Of a stretch of 64,000 bases of DNA, positions 9,887 to 19,033 are shown piece by piece. This DNA is from an uncultured Chloroflexia bacterium. GTDB taxonomy: Bacteria > Chloroflexota > Limnocylindria > Limnocylindrales > CSP1-4. The stretch lies in contig CAWHXD010000019.1 in assembly GCA_963833225.1 (NCBI GenBank), positions 640,001 to 704,000 of the forward strand, written 5' to 3'. Each line of letters opens with the position of its first letter. Within the stretch, counting starts at the first letter, position 1. Under the pieces are notes generated by a model, which was not told where the DNA came from, searched no databases, and saw only the letters and a program-made list of their open reading frames with translations. Made by a program: the position numbers and the translations under genes.

Positions 9887-10408
9887 GTGTCCCTGTCCCT
9901 GTCCCTGATCCTCACCCCCACCCCTGCGCGGTCCATCGACCCCCGCGGCCAACGGTTCGGCGCCGCCGCGTCGGTCGTGGTCCTTGCCCTCGCATTCGCG
10001 CTCGGCCAGTCCTGGCTCGCTGCCCTGGTCGGGCTCAACCTGCTGGTTGCGGCGGCGTTCGGCACGCGATGGTTCGTCCCCGGCCGCGCCTGGCCGCTCA
10101 TCCGCCGGGCGGTGCGGCTGGGACCGGCCGAGCCCGAGCACGAGTACCCGCCACGCTTTGCCCAGGCGCTCGGCGGCACGTTCCTGGCGCTGGCCACGGC
10201 AGCCTTCCTGCTCGGTGCCACTCCTCTCGGGTGGGTCCTCGCCGGCGCCGTCGCCGGCCTCCAGGCCCTGCTGGCCGTCACCGGGATCTGCGTCGGATGC
10301 CGCCTCTATTTCCTGCGCTGGTGGGCACCCTCACTGGTCGCGCGGCTCTTCCGGCGAGCCGATGGCCTGCCGCCGCTCGACGTCCCCGCCCTCAACCGGA
10401 TCGGATAG
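9887..10408 (+). CDS. DUF4395 family membrane protein
   Basis: IDPRGQRFGA, EHEYPPRFAQALG and GICVGCRLY motifs typical of DUF4395; GGAG SD. Confidence 0.85.
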   Translation: MSLSLSLILTPTPARSIDPRGQRFGAAASVVVLALAFALGQSWLAALVGLNLLVAAAFGTRWFVPGRAWPLIRRAVRLGPAEPEHEYPPRFAQALGGTFLALATAAFLLGATPLGWVLAGAVAGLQALLAVTGICVGCRLYFLRWWAPSLVARLFRRADGLPPLDVPALNRIG

Positions 10409-10418
10409 GGCCCCCGAG

Positions 10419-11276
10419 TCACGGCGCCTCGAGCCCGTGACGCTCCAGCAGCTCCGCGTCCGCGAGGAGCCGGTCTGTCGCCCCGTCGGCCACGATCTGG
10501 CCGTCGTCCACGACCACGGTCCGCGGGAACACCTCGGCGACGAGGCGCATGTCGTGCGTCGAGACGAGCGTCGTCTGGTCGAGGCCACGGAGCAGCGTGA
10601 TGAGCTCCCGGCGGCCACGTGGATCGAGCCCGGCCGATGGCTCGTCGAACACGAGGATCGAGGGGCTCATCGACAGCACCGTGGCGAGGGCCACCCGCTT
10701 GCGCTGTCCAAGCGACATGCGATGGGGGACCCGGTGGGCGAAGGCCGCCATCCCCACCGCGGCCAGCGCCCGCTCCACCCGGCGATGGACCTCATCGGCC
10801 GCCATCCCCATGTGGAGCGGTCCGAACGCCACGTCGTCGAACACGGTCGGGCTGAACAGCTGGTCATCGGGGTCCTGGAACACGAGGCCCACCTCGGCCC
10901 GCACGCGGCGAATGGTCTCCCGGGTCACCGGCAGCCCGGCGACGCGGACCGATCCGTGAGCGGGCCGGAGCGTGCCGTTGAGCTGGAGCATCAGCGTGCT
11001 CTTGCCGGCGCCGTTGGGACCGACCAGGGCCACCTTCTCGCCGCTCCCGATGTGGAGGTCGACCCCCCGCAGGGCCTCGAACCCGTCCGGGTAGCGGAAG
11101 TGGACATGTTCGAGGTCCACCCGGCCACGCTCGTCGGCGGGCGCGGTGCCGTCCGGCTGCGGCTCGCCCGGCGCATGGAGGTGGGGATGCGCGTGCGGCG
11201 GCGCGCCCTCGTGGACGTGAACGTGGACGTGGTCGTGCTCCAGCTCGGGCACGCCACCTTGGTCGAGGGTCGTCAC
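10419..11276 (-). CDS. cbiO: ECF transporter ATPase (CbiO/NikO) with a His-rich N-terminal extension
   Basis: GPNGAGKST, LVFQDPDDQLF, SLGQRKR, DEPSAGLD. GTG 11276 overlaps the cbiQ stop. Confidence 0.9.
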   Translation of the reverse strand: MTTLDQGGVPELEHDHVHVHVHEGAPPHAHPHLHAPGEPQPDGTAPADERGRVDLEHVHFRYPDGFEALRGVDLHIGSGEKVALVGPNGAGKSTLMLQLNGTLRPAHGSVRVAGLPVTRETIRRVRAEVGLVFQDPDDQLFSPTVFDDVAFGPLHMGMAADEVHRRVERALAAVGMAAFAHRVPHRMSLGQRKRVALATVLSMSPSILVFDEPSAGLDPRGRRELITLLRGLDQTTLVSTHDMRLVAEVFPRTVVVDDGQIVADGATDRLLADAELLERHGLEAP

Positions 11277-12067
11277 AGGCGGGGAAGCCACAGGATGGCG
11301 ATGACCTCGTAGGCCGTGAGCAGGGCAAGGATGGCGGCAAGCCAGGCGATCTCCGTCCGCGCGAGCGCCCGGGTCCGCAGGTGCCGGAACTCGCCCTCGA
11401 ACCCGCGTGCCTGCATCGCCGCGTAGATCCGCTCGCTGCGCTCGTAGGCACGCAGGAACAGCGAGCCGACCATGCGCCCGGTCACGGCGGCGCGCCAGCG
11501 GATGGAGCCTCCGGGGGATCCGTCGCCGGCGGCCGAGCGTGCATCCCGGGCCCGGAGCATCCGGGCGCCCTCGTCGGTGAGCACCGCGAGGTACCGGTAC
11601 ATGAACGAGATGATCGCGATGATGATCCGCGGAACCCGCAACTCCCGGAGGGCATCCACCAGGTCGTGGAACGGTGTCGTGAACGCGAGCAGCAGGGCGA
11701 CCTGCACGGACAGCCAGCTGCCGGTCATGATCGTGAGGAAGCGGCGCAGGCCCTCGGCGGAGATGGTCGGGTTGAGCGGACCCAGGGCCACGGTCGTGAT
11801 GATCTGCTCCTGGACAGTGAAGATCAACGGGAACGCGGCCAGCGCGAACGGCAGCGCGACGACGGCGGAGCGGGACAGGCGGAACGGTCCGAGGCCGGCG
11901 GTCGCGGAGGAGGCGACGAGCACCAGCCAGATGATCAGCATCGCCAGACCCGAGCCCATCGGCAGCAGGCTGATCACCAGGATGGTGGCGATGGCCAGGA
12001 TGAACTTGAGCCGCGCGTCGGCGCGGTGGAACGGGCTGTCGCCCTCGACGTACCGGTCGAGCTCCAG
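11273..12067 (-). CDS. cbiQ: ECF transporter T component (CbiQ/NikQ)
   Basis: FMYRYL, RAYERSERIYAAMQARGF. The conserved N-terminus (LELDRYVEGDSPFHRADARLK) extends upstream of the track's start to CTG 12067. Confidence 0.88.
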   Translation of the reverse strand: MELDRYVEGDSPFHRADARLKFILAIATILVISLLPMGSGLAMLIIWLVLVASSATAGLGPFRLSRSAVVALPFALAAFPLIFTVQEQIITTVALGPLNPTISAEGLRRFLTIMTGSWLSVQVALLLAFTTPFHDLVDALRELRVPRIIIAIISFMYRYLAVLTDEGARMLRARDARSAAGDGSPGGSIRWRAAVTGRMVGSLFLRAYERSERIYAAMQARGFEGEFRHLRTRALARTEIAWLAAILALLTAYEVIAILWLPRL

Positions 12068-12086
12068 GGTGCGGCGCTCCTGCCCG

Positions 12087-12449
12087 TCAGGCGCGCCGGC
12101 GGGCGACCACGCGCCCGAGGACGAACACCACGCCCACCACGATCGCGACGCCGAGCAGGCCTGACAGGATGGTGGACACGACCGGGTCGTCGATGCCCGG
12201 GATCGCGTAGCCGCTGAGCAGGCCCGAGAAGAAGTTCTGCGCCCGCTCGATGAAGCCGGTGTCCTCGGCGACGCGCTCGAGGCCGTCCGGATCGGACGAG
12301 GCGAGCGGGGCGAGAACGACGACCACGACGGCGACGATCGCCAGCCCGACGACCCACCACCACCGACCGAGACGGCCCCGAGGGGCGTGCCTGTCCTGCC
12401 CGCCAGCCGGGGCCGCCGGGGCCTCCTCCGGCTCAGACACGGCGGTCAT
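12087..12449 (-). CDS. PDGLE-domain protein (NikN-like ECF accessory)
   Basis: LASSDPDGLERVAED motif between two TM helices. Confidence 0.9.
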   Translation of the reverse strand: MTAVSEPEEAPAAPAGGQDRHAPRGRLGRWWWVVGLAIVAVVVVVLAPLASSDPDGLERVAEDTGFIERAQNFFSGLLSGYAIPGIDDPVVSTILSGLLGVAIVVGVVFVLGRVVARRRA

Positions 12450-13177
12450 GCCGCGGCTCCCATGGCCTGCTCCCGGTGCATGGCGCGATCCGGCCGGAGA
12501 TCGAGCAGATCCCGCCGCGCGACGCTGATGAACCCGATGGCCGCAGCTGTGATCAGGGCCTCACCGATGCCGATGACCACATGCACGCCGAGCATCGCCG
12601 GCAGCACCAGCTCGGCGGGGCTGGTGCCCGAGACGATCAGTTCCAGCGACATCATCGTGGCTCCCATCACGACCGACAGCCAGCCCGCGATCGCGGCGGC
12701 CGGGATGCGGCCCCGGTCCTCGCCTCCGAGGACGCCGCACAGCGCCCGGTACACGCCATAGCCGGCGAGGGTGCCCACGATCCCCATGTTGAAGATGTTG
12801 GCGCCCATCACCACCAGCCCGCCGTCGGAGAACACCAGCCCCTGGACCGCCACCACGCAGGCCATCACGAGCGTGCCCGCCCAGGGGCCGAGGAGGATGG
12901 CCGCGAGCACGCCCCCGAGCAGGTGACCGGACGTCCCACCTGCGACCTGGAAGTTGAACATCTGGGCCGCGAAGATGAACGCGGCCATCACGCCCATCAG
13001 CGGGATCGAGCGCTCGTCGAGGGAGCGGTTGGTTCGCCGCACGGCGATGGCGACCACGGTGGCCGAGATCGCCCAGAACACGAGCGACACCGGGACGCTG
13101 AGGAACCGGTCCGCCGCGTGCATCGACGGATCGCCGGCGACGATCGCCGGGGCGGCGGCAATGCTCAGCAGGTCCAT
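12446..13177 (-). CDS. cbiM: ECF S component CbiM/NikM
   Basis: MHAADRFL metal-binding N-terminus (ATG 13123, or exposed after a short leader from ATG 13177), FAAQMFNF, GGTSGHLLGG, HVVIGIGEALIT. Confidence 0.9.
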   Translation of the reverse strand: MDLLSIAAAPAIVAGDPSMHAADRFLSVPVSLVFWAISATVVAIAVRRTNRSLDERSIPLMGVMAAFIFAAQMFNFQVAGGTSGHLLGGVLAAILLGPWAGTLVMACVVAVQGLVFSDGGLVVMGANIFNMGIVGTLAGYGVYRALCGVLGGEDRGRIPAAAIAGWLSVVMGATMMSLELIVSGTSPAELVLPAMLGVHVVIGIGEALITAAAIGFISVARRDLLDLRPDRAMHREQAMGAAA

Positions 13178-13243
13178 GCGGCAACGGTCTCCCGGCGGCA
13201 GCAGCGGAATGGTGGACCAGCATGCTACTCGCAGCGCGTTGCT

Positions 13244-13261
13244 ACTGCAACTGGTTGCAAT
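13244..13261. promoter_or_regulatory. Candidate Fur-family (Nur) operator ACTGCAACTGGTTGCAAT
   Basis: TGCAAC-TG-GTTGCA inverted repeat in an AT-richer spacer between divergent cbiM and fur-family genes, flanked by -10-like hexamers on both strands. Confidence 0.65.
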
Positions 13262-13291
13262 ACTGGTGGTCGTCACCCTATCCTTCGCCCG

Positions 13292-13810
13292 ATGCACCCC
13301 CACGGATCTTCCCCGCGCAGCTCACCCGCGTCGACCGTCCGCGACGGCGGGATCGTGCGCGACGCAGGCGCCCGCAAGGGATCCTCGCCGTGGTCCGACG
13401 TCCGGGATCGGTTGCGGGCCCTGGGGCTTCGCTGGACGCCGCAGCGACGGACGCTGATCGATGTCCTGTCGCGGCTCGATGGCCACGTGACGGGCGCCGA
13501 GCTCGTCGAGCGGTGCCGCGAGGTGGACGCCGCGACCACGCCCTCGACCGTCTACCGGACGCTCGACGTCCTCGAACAGCTGGGGATCGTTCGCCACGCC
13601 CATGGCGCGGACGGCCGCGAGGAGTTCCACGTGCTGCCGGCGGCGGACCACGGACATCTCCACTGCCTCCGCTGCCGCGTCTCGTGGGAGATCGGAGAGG
13701 CGGAGGCCGCGGGGCTGGTGCGCGCCCTCCGCGCGGATCGCGGGTTTGCCGTGGAGCTGTCGCACGTCTCGATTGCGGGGATCTGCAAGGACTGCGCCGG
13801 CGATGGCTGA
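13292..13810 (+). CDS. Fur-family regulator, Nur-like
   Basis: TPQRR, HVTGAEL, STVYRTL, RHAH, HGHLHCLRC, SHVSIAG, CKDC. ATG lies 7 nt after TATCCT. Confidence 0.88.
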   Translation: MHPHGSSPRSSPASTVRDGGIVRDAGARKGSSPWSDVRDRLRALGLRWTPQRRTLIDVLSRLDGHVTGAELVERCREVDAATTPSTVYRTLDVLEQLGIVRHAHGADGREEFHVLPAADHGHLHCLRCRVSWEIGEAEAAGLVRALRADRGFAVELSHVSIAGICKDCAGDG

Positions 13811-13877
13811 CATGTGCCTGAGGGCGTCCTGAGGCTGTCGCGCCTGCCCACCAGCGACGCGAACCGCGCCGCCGCCC

Positions 13878-14723
13878 TCAGCCGGAGTGGACCGCCGCGA
13901 GCACCGCGTCCGACAAGGCCGGCCACGCCTCGCCCGCCCAGGCGCCGAACGGCCGGTCGGTGAGACAGGCCAGCGCGATGTTGGCCGCGGGGTCCAGCCA
14001 CAGGAATGTCCCGGTGGCTCCGAAATGCCCGAACGTCGCGGGCGAGTTCCTGGCCCCCGTCCAGTGCGGGGTCTTGTGACCGCGGATCTCGAAGCCGAGA
14101 CCCCAGTCGTTGGGATCCTGGAGACCGAATCCCGGCAGCACGCCGCGCAGGCCCGGGAAGGCGACCGAGACGGCCTCGGCCAGCAGGTCCGCGGGCAGGA
14201 TCCGGGGGGCGAGCAGCTCCTGGGCGAGCCGTGCCAGGTCCGTCAATGAGCCGGCGATGCCCTCGGACGGCCGTCCGACGAGGTGGGCCGAGGTCATCTC
14301 CAGCGGCTGCAGCACCCACCCTCGGGCGAGCGAGTCGAACGGTCGCCCGGTCGCGCTCGCGACCGCGTCGGCCACGACATCGAAGCCGGTGTTGGAGTAG
14401 ATCCGCATCCGCCCGGGTGACGCCAGCGCCCGCGAGTCGTCGAACGACAGGCCGGACGCATGCGCCAGGAGGTGTCGGACGGTGGAGCCGGGCGGGCCGG
14501 CCGCGCGATCGAGCGCCACGACGCCGCGCGCCACGCCGATGAGCACGGTGCACGCCGTGACCAGCTTCGTCACCGATGCCCATGGCATCACGGCGTCCAG
14601 CGGTCCTCGCGCCGCCACCAGCCCGGCCCGGTCGACGACCGCCACGGCAACCGTCTGGGCGCCCCACCCGTCAACCGCCTCGAGCACGGCGGCGTCGAAC
14701 GCCCGGGTGGAGCGGGGGATCAT
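13878..14723 (-). CDS. Serine hydrolase (beta-lactamase-related family)
   Basis: ASVTK (SxxK), LLAHASGL, YSN, FGHFG. Confidence 0.88.
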   Translation of the reverse strand: MIPRSTRAFDAAVLEAVDGWGAQTVAVAVVDRAGLVAARGPLDAVMPWASVTKLVTACTVLIGVARGVVALDRAAGPPGSTVRHLLAHASGLSFDDSRALASPGRMRIYSNTGFDVVADAVASATGRPFDSLARGWVLQPLEMTSAHLVGRPSEGIAGSLTDLARLAQELLAPRILPADLLAEAVSVAFPGLRGVLPGFGLQDPNDWGLGFEIRGHKTPHWTGARNSPATFGHFGATGTFLWLDPAANIALACLTDRPFGAWAGEAWPALSDAVLAAVHSG

Positions 14724-15064
14724 GCCCCCTTGTCCGCCGCCCGGTAGATGGCCACCTCGACGCGCTCGAGCGTGACCAGGCCGCCACCGATCATCACCTC
14801 CAGGTCGGGGAGCACCGCCCGCATGCGGTCGGTCTCGTCCACGGCCTCGACGAGGATCGGCAGGTCCTCGGACAGGGCAAGGATCCGGGTCGTGTGGACG
14901 CGCGACGAGCGACCGTACCCTTCGATCCCGCGGAACACGGAGACCCCGCGGATGCCGCGCTCGCGGAGGAGCCGCACGATCGCGTCGTACAGCGGCCTTC
15001 CCTCCCAGTGATCGGATTCGCCGATGTAGATGCGGACGAGCAGCGCCTCACCTTGGAGTGTCAT
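14720..15064 (-). CDS. DUF190 (PII-like) protein
   Basis: RIYIGESD, RGIEGYG, LSEDLPI; classic crcB neighbour. Confidence 0.9.
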   Translation of the reverse strand: MTLQGEALLVRIYIGESDHWEGRPLYDAIVRLLRERGIRGVSVFRGIEGYGRSSRVHTTRILALSEDLPILVEAVDETDRMRAVLPDLEVMIGGGLVTLERVEVAIYRAADKGA

Positions 15065-15074
15065 CGAAGCGACC

Positions 15075-15449
15075 TCATGGGAGCAGGCGTCCGACGGCCA
15101 GGCCGCCGACGACCGCGATCACGCCCAGCACGACCGACCCCGCGAGATTGAGCATGGCGAGCTGCCACGCCCCGTCCTCCACCAGCCGCCAGGACTCCAG
15201 CATCCACGTCGAGAACGTGGTGTAGGCACCCAGGAAGCCGATCATCAGCGGCCCCCGGATCTCGCGTGGCAGGACGTCCCGCTCGGTTGCCCACGCGAAC
15301 AGGAGGCCCAGCAGGAAGGCACCCGACAGGTTGACGACCAGGGTGCCCAACGGGAACCCCGCCCCCGCACGATCGCTGATCCAGAGATCCACGATCCGGC
15401 GCGCGACGGCGCCCGCGAAGCCGCCGATCCCAACCAGCACCAGGTCCAT
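15075..15449 (-). CDS. crcB: Fluoride channel Fluc/CrcB
   Basis: FPLGTLVVNLSGAF and GFLGAYTTFST. Confidence 0.95.
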   Translation of the reverse strand: MDLVLVGIGGFAGAVARRIVDLWISDRAGAGFPLGTLVVNLSGAFLLGLLFAWATERDVLPREIRGPLMIGFLGAYTTFSTWMLESWRLVEDGAWQLAMLNLAGSVVLGVIAVVGGLAVGRLLP

Positions 15450-15469
15450 GCGCGGCTCTCCGTCCCGCC

Positions 15470-16252
15470 TCAGTCGGACGCGGTGGGCACGCCGAGGATG
15501 TTGAACCCGCCGTCCACGTAGATCACCTCGCCCGTCACCGCGGACGAGAGATCGGACGCGAGGTACAGCGCGGTCTTGCCGCAGTCCTCGATCGTGATGT
15601 GGCTGCGCAGCGGCGCGACCTGGTCGAACGGGCCATACAGCTTGCGGAAGCCCGCGATGCCCCCGGCCGACAGGGTCCGGATGGGGCCCGCCGAGATGGC
15701 GTTGACGCGGATCCCCTCCGGCCCAAGGTCCGCGGCGAGATAGCGGACCGAGGCCTCGAGAGCCGCCTTGGCCACGCCCATCACGTTGTAGTGGGTCACG
15801 ACCTTCTCGGCGCCGTAGTAGGTGAGCGTCATGACCGACGACCCGCGGCGCATGTAGGGCCGTGCCTCGCGGGTCAGCGCGACGAGCGAGTATGCCGAGA
15901 CGTCCAGCGCGAGCGCGAAGCCGTCGCGCGATGTCTCCACGAACTGGCCGTCGAGATCCTCGCGCTTCCCGAAGGCGACCGCATGGACGAGGATGTCGAG
16001 GTCGCCCTGCTGCTCATGCCAGCGGGTCATGACCGCCCGGATGTCATCGTCGCTGGTGACGTCGCAGGCTTCGACGAACGGGCTGCCGAGACTGTCGGCG
16101 AGCGGACGGACCCGGCGCTCGATCAGGCTCTCAACCGACGAGAAGCCGACGATGGCCCCCTCGTCATGGAGCGCCTTGGCGATCCCCCAGGCGATGGAAT
16201 GGTCGTTCGCGACGCCGAACACGAGCGCCTTGCGCCCGTCGAGCAGTCCCAT
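15470..16252 (-). CDS. fabI: Enoyl-ACP reductase
   Basis: GVANDHSIAWGIA, YNVMGVAKAALE, NAISAGPIRT; ATG 16252 with AGGAGG SD. Confidence 0.95.
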   Translation of the reverse strand: MGLLDGRKALVFGVANDHSIAWGIAKALHDEGAIVGFSSVESLIERRVRPLADSLGSPFVEACDVTSDDDIRAVMTRWHEQQGDLDILVHAVAFGKREDLDGQFVETSRDGFALALDVSAYSLVALTREARPYMRRGSSVMTLTYYGAEKVVTHYNVMGVAKAALEASVRYLAADLGPEGIRVNAISAGPIRTLSAGGIAGFRKLYGPFDQVAPLRSHITIEDCGKTALYLASDLSSAVTGEVIYVDGGFNILGVPTASD

Positions 16253-16286
16253 GCGCAGCTCCTCCTGTCGTTCTACCCTGCGCATG

Positions 16287-17174
16287 ATGCCCCACATGCC
16301 CGCCCCGGACCCCGCGCTTCGTGCAGCCCTGCAGGGAGTCCGAGGGCTCCTGCTCGACCTCGACGGCGTGCTCATCCTCAAGGGTGCTGCCGTCCCGGGC
16401 GCGGTGGCCGCCCTCGACCAGCTCGAGCGGCGCCGTTTCCCGTTCCTGGTCGCGACCAACACCTCGCTCGTGTCCCGGCCCACGCTCGCGAGGTGGGGGA
16501 GGGGCGCGGGGTTCTCGACGCCGGCGGACCGGTTCCATTCGGCGCTGAGCGCGTCGGCCGAGCTGGTGCGCCGGGCGTACGGCGACAGGCCCGTGTACGT
16601 GATCTGCTCCGAGGACGCGCGATCCGAGCTGGAGGGGATCCGCGCCGTGAGCGGCGAGGAAGCCGATGCGGATCCAGCGTCCGTGGCCGCGGTCATCCTG
16701 GGTGATTCGCCCGAGGAGCTGACCCGGGAGAACCTGGATCGCGCGTTCCGCTGCTGCCGGGCCGGTGCGGAGCTGATCGGCATGCACCGCAACCTGTGGT
16801 GGCTGACCCCGGGCGGCCCATCGCTCGACGCCGGCACCTTCCTCATCGGGCTGGAGGCCGCCACCGGGCGCCGGGCACGGATCGTCGGCAAGCCGTCGCC
16901 GGCGTTCTTCCGGGCGGCGATCTCGCGGCTGTCCGCGGAGGCCGCGGCCCGCGGTGAGGCGCCGCTCCGCCGCTCCGAGCTGGCGATGGTCGGCGACGAC
17001 ATGGGCTCCGACATCGGCGGCGGCCGGCGCGCCGGGTTGCGCACGGTCTTCGTCCGGACCGGCAAGCACGGCGAGGACGAGCTCGTCGCAGCGGCAGGAA
17101 GACGGAGGGGCGCCTACGCGCCGGACGCCGTCGCACCGTCGATCGCCGAGGTCGTCGCGGCGGTCCTGGGTTGA
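16287..17174 (+). CDS. HAD-IIA family hydrolase
   Basis: DLDGVL, TN, GKPS, MVGDD...DI..G, RTGK. Start is one of 16284, 16287 or 16296. Confidence 0.9.
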   Translation: MPHMPAPDPALRAALQGVRGLLLDLDGVLILKGAAVPGAVAALDQLERRRFPFLVATNTSLVSRPTLARWGRGAGFSTPADRFHSALSASAELVRRAYGDRPVYVICSEDARSELEGIRAVSGEEADADPASVAAVILGDSPEELTRENLDRAFRCCRAGAELIGMHRNLWWLTPGGPSLDAGTFLIGLEAATGRRARIVGKPSPAFFRAAISRLSAEAAARGEAPLRRSELAMVGDDMGSDIGGGRRAGLRTVFVRTGKHGEDELVAAAGRRRGAYAPDAVAPSIAEVVAAVLG

Positions 17175-17242
17175 CGGCCGGCCGGCCGGCGCGCCCGCGG
17201 ACCGCCCACCGCTCGCCCGCGGACCGCCTCGGCTTGCGGGTC

Positions 17243-18856
17243 TCAGCTCGCGGGGCGCGTGACCCGCACGTCGTCGATGCCCGCCTCGACGATCGAATCC
17301 GCCCCGCCATCGGCGGCCTCGAACCGGACGTGGATGGTCTGACCCGCCCACGCGTCAAGGGTGACCGATGCCGATCCCCACGAGCCGGTCACGGCCGTTG
17401 TCGAGCCCAGCCGCTCCCAGACGACGGTCTGGGTCCCGTCGCCGGCCTCCACGATCGCCCGCAGGTGATCAACGCCGGAGGACGACCCGGCGGGGTGGGC
17501 AAACAGCCATCGGAAGGTCAGTGACTGGCCGGCGGCCGCGGGCAACGTGATCGCCGTCGAGCGGACCGTGGTCAGTCCATCGAGATCGTTGGCGCCGGAT
17601 GACGTCCCGGCCGGGGCGCCCGTGACCAGCGCCCTGCGCCCGGACGGCACGTTGTCCCGCTGGAGGACCGTCCCGCCCGAGGTCGTCCGCTCCGGGTTGC
17701 CGCGGACCCACCGCCCGGAGAAGGGGGCGGTGTCGGTTCCGTCCGGGTCCACGGTCCAGCCGCGGGCCACCTCGAGGTCATCGTCGAAGGCGCCGCAGCG
17801 GGCCGCCCGGACATCAGTGCCGAGCACGGTCAGCGGGCACCACGCCTTCTCCATCAGGTACAGCACGGCCTCCCGGTTGCGGCCCGTCTCGGGTCCGATC
17901 CGGCCGTCCTTCGGGTAGTCGCGGATCGACAGCTCGAACGTGTACGAGAACACGCGATACTTGCCGTACAGGTAGTCCCGCGACGTCCCGCTGGTGACAT
18001 ACAGGTCGCTGGCCTGCTCGGCCCGGTAGCCGTTGGTCTTCGCCATGTGGCGCCCGATCACTGCCAGGGCCGCGTGGTCCGCGACGGTCATGTCGCCCGG
18101 GATGTCCTTCCTCGTGTAGCCGTACGGCCACATCACCAGCCGGGCGTACTCGTGGAACGTGATCGCCGCGCGGATCTGCTGCCGGCCGTCGACCACGCGG
18201 CTGGCCAGGAAGTCCCGCATCGCGCGGGTCTCGGGGGCCGAGAACGCGTGTGGCCCGCGGTAGGTGATCGCGAGCGGGTTCTTCGACGTCCGGCCGCCGC
18301 CACCCCACTTGTAGCCGTAGTTGCGGTTGAGGTCCGTCCCCGTCGTCCCGTTCGCGTTCGGCTGCCGGTTCTTGCGCCAGTAGTGGAAGCGTCCGCCCTT
18401 GATGTCGAACTGCGCTCCGTCCGGGTTGACGGCAAACACGATCCACACCTCGCGGGTGTTCACGATGTCCGTCACCCGCTGGTCGGTTCCGTAGCCGTCG
18501 GCCAGCCAGTGGAGGATCCGGAGGGTCATCTCGAGGCCCATGTGCTCGTCGGAGTGGTGGAGCCCGTCGAACAGGACCTCGGGCTCGTTCTCGTCGGTGC
18601 CCACGTTGTCGCTGATCTTGGCGGCCAGGATCTCGCGGCCCTTGTAGGACGTGCCGATCGAGAACGCGTGGACGATGTCCGGGTGGGCGGCGGCCACGGC
18701 CGATACCTCGGCACGCATCTCCGCGTACGTGTGGTAGCCCTCCCAGCCCGCCGGGAACTCGCGAGCGGCGAGGGCCGGCAGGGCGGCCGCGGCGAGCAGG
18801 ACGACCGCCAGCCCGGTGGCGACGGCGGCGGCGCAGCGGCGCGGGGGTCGGGGCAT
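17243..18856 (-). CDS. Secreted M14 zinc carboxypeptidase (CPT-like) with a C-terminal beta-sandwich domain
   Basis: Signal peptide, HHSDEH (HxxE), NPDG, WRKNR, DLNRNY, FSAPET, TFH, FTFEL-like motif. Confidence 0.9.
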   Translation of the reverse strand: MPRPPRRCAAAVATGLAVVLLAAAALPALAAREFPAGWEGYHTYAEMRAEVSAVAAAHPDIVHAFSIGTSYKGREILAAKISDNVGTDENEPEVLFDGLHHSDEHMGLEMTLRILHWLADGYGTDQRVTDIVNTREVWIVFAVNPDGAQFDIKGGRFHYWRKNRQPNANGTTGTDLNRNYGYKWGGGGRTSKNPLAITYRGPHAFSAPETRAMRDFLASRVVDGRQQIRAAITFHEYARLVMWPYGYTRKDIPGDMTVADHAALAVIGRHMAKTNGYRAEQASDLYVTSGTSRDYLYGKYRVFSYTFELSIRDYPKDGRIGPETGRNREAVLYLMEKAWCPLTVLGTDVRAARCGAFDDDLEVARGWTVDPDGTDTAPFSGRWVRGNPERTTSGGTVLQRDNVPSGRRALVTGAPAGTSSGANDLDGLTTVRSTAITLPAAAGQSLTFRWLFAHPAGSSSGVDHLRAIVEAGDGTQTVVWERLGSTTAVTGSWGSASVTLDAWAGQTIHVRFEAADGGADSIVEAGIDDVRVTRPAS

Positions 18857-19033
18857 GGCCGAAGTGTGCCGGTTCCGGGTCGCCGCGTGCACGGCTCGGA
18901 GGTCCCGCCGGCCGCGTGCCGGTCCGCCCTCCCGCTCTCACCGGCGAGCGCACTAGACTGGCCACCAACGACCCCTCCGAGCCCGCGCGCCCGCCGATCA
19001 CACCCCGGCGCACCCAGACTGGAGCCAAGCAGA

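Noticed and set aside
13177-13292. Cobalamin riboswitch before cbiM
   Set aside because: The spacer is short and lacks B12-box features; a protein-operator palindrome is present instead.
15449-15470. Fluoride riboswitch before crcB
   Set aside because: Only about 20 nt separate fabI and crcB, and no riboswitch motif is visible.
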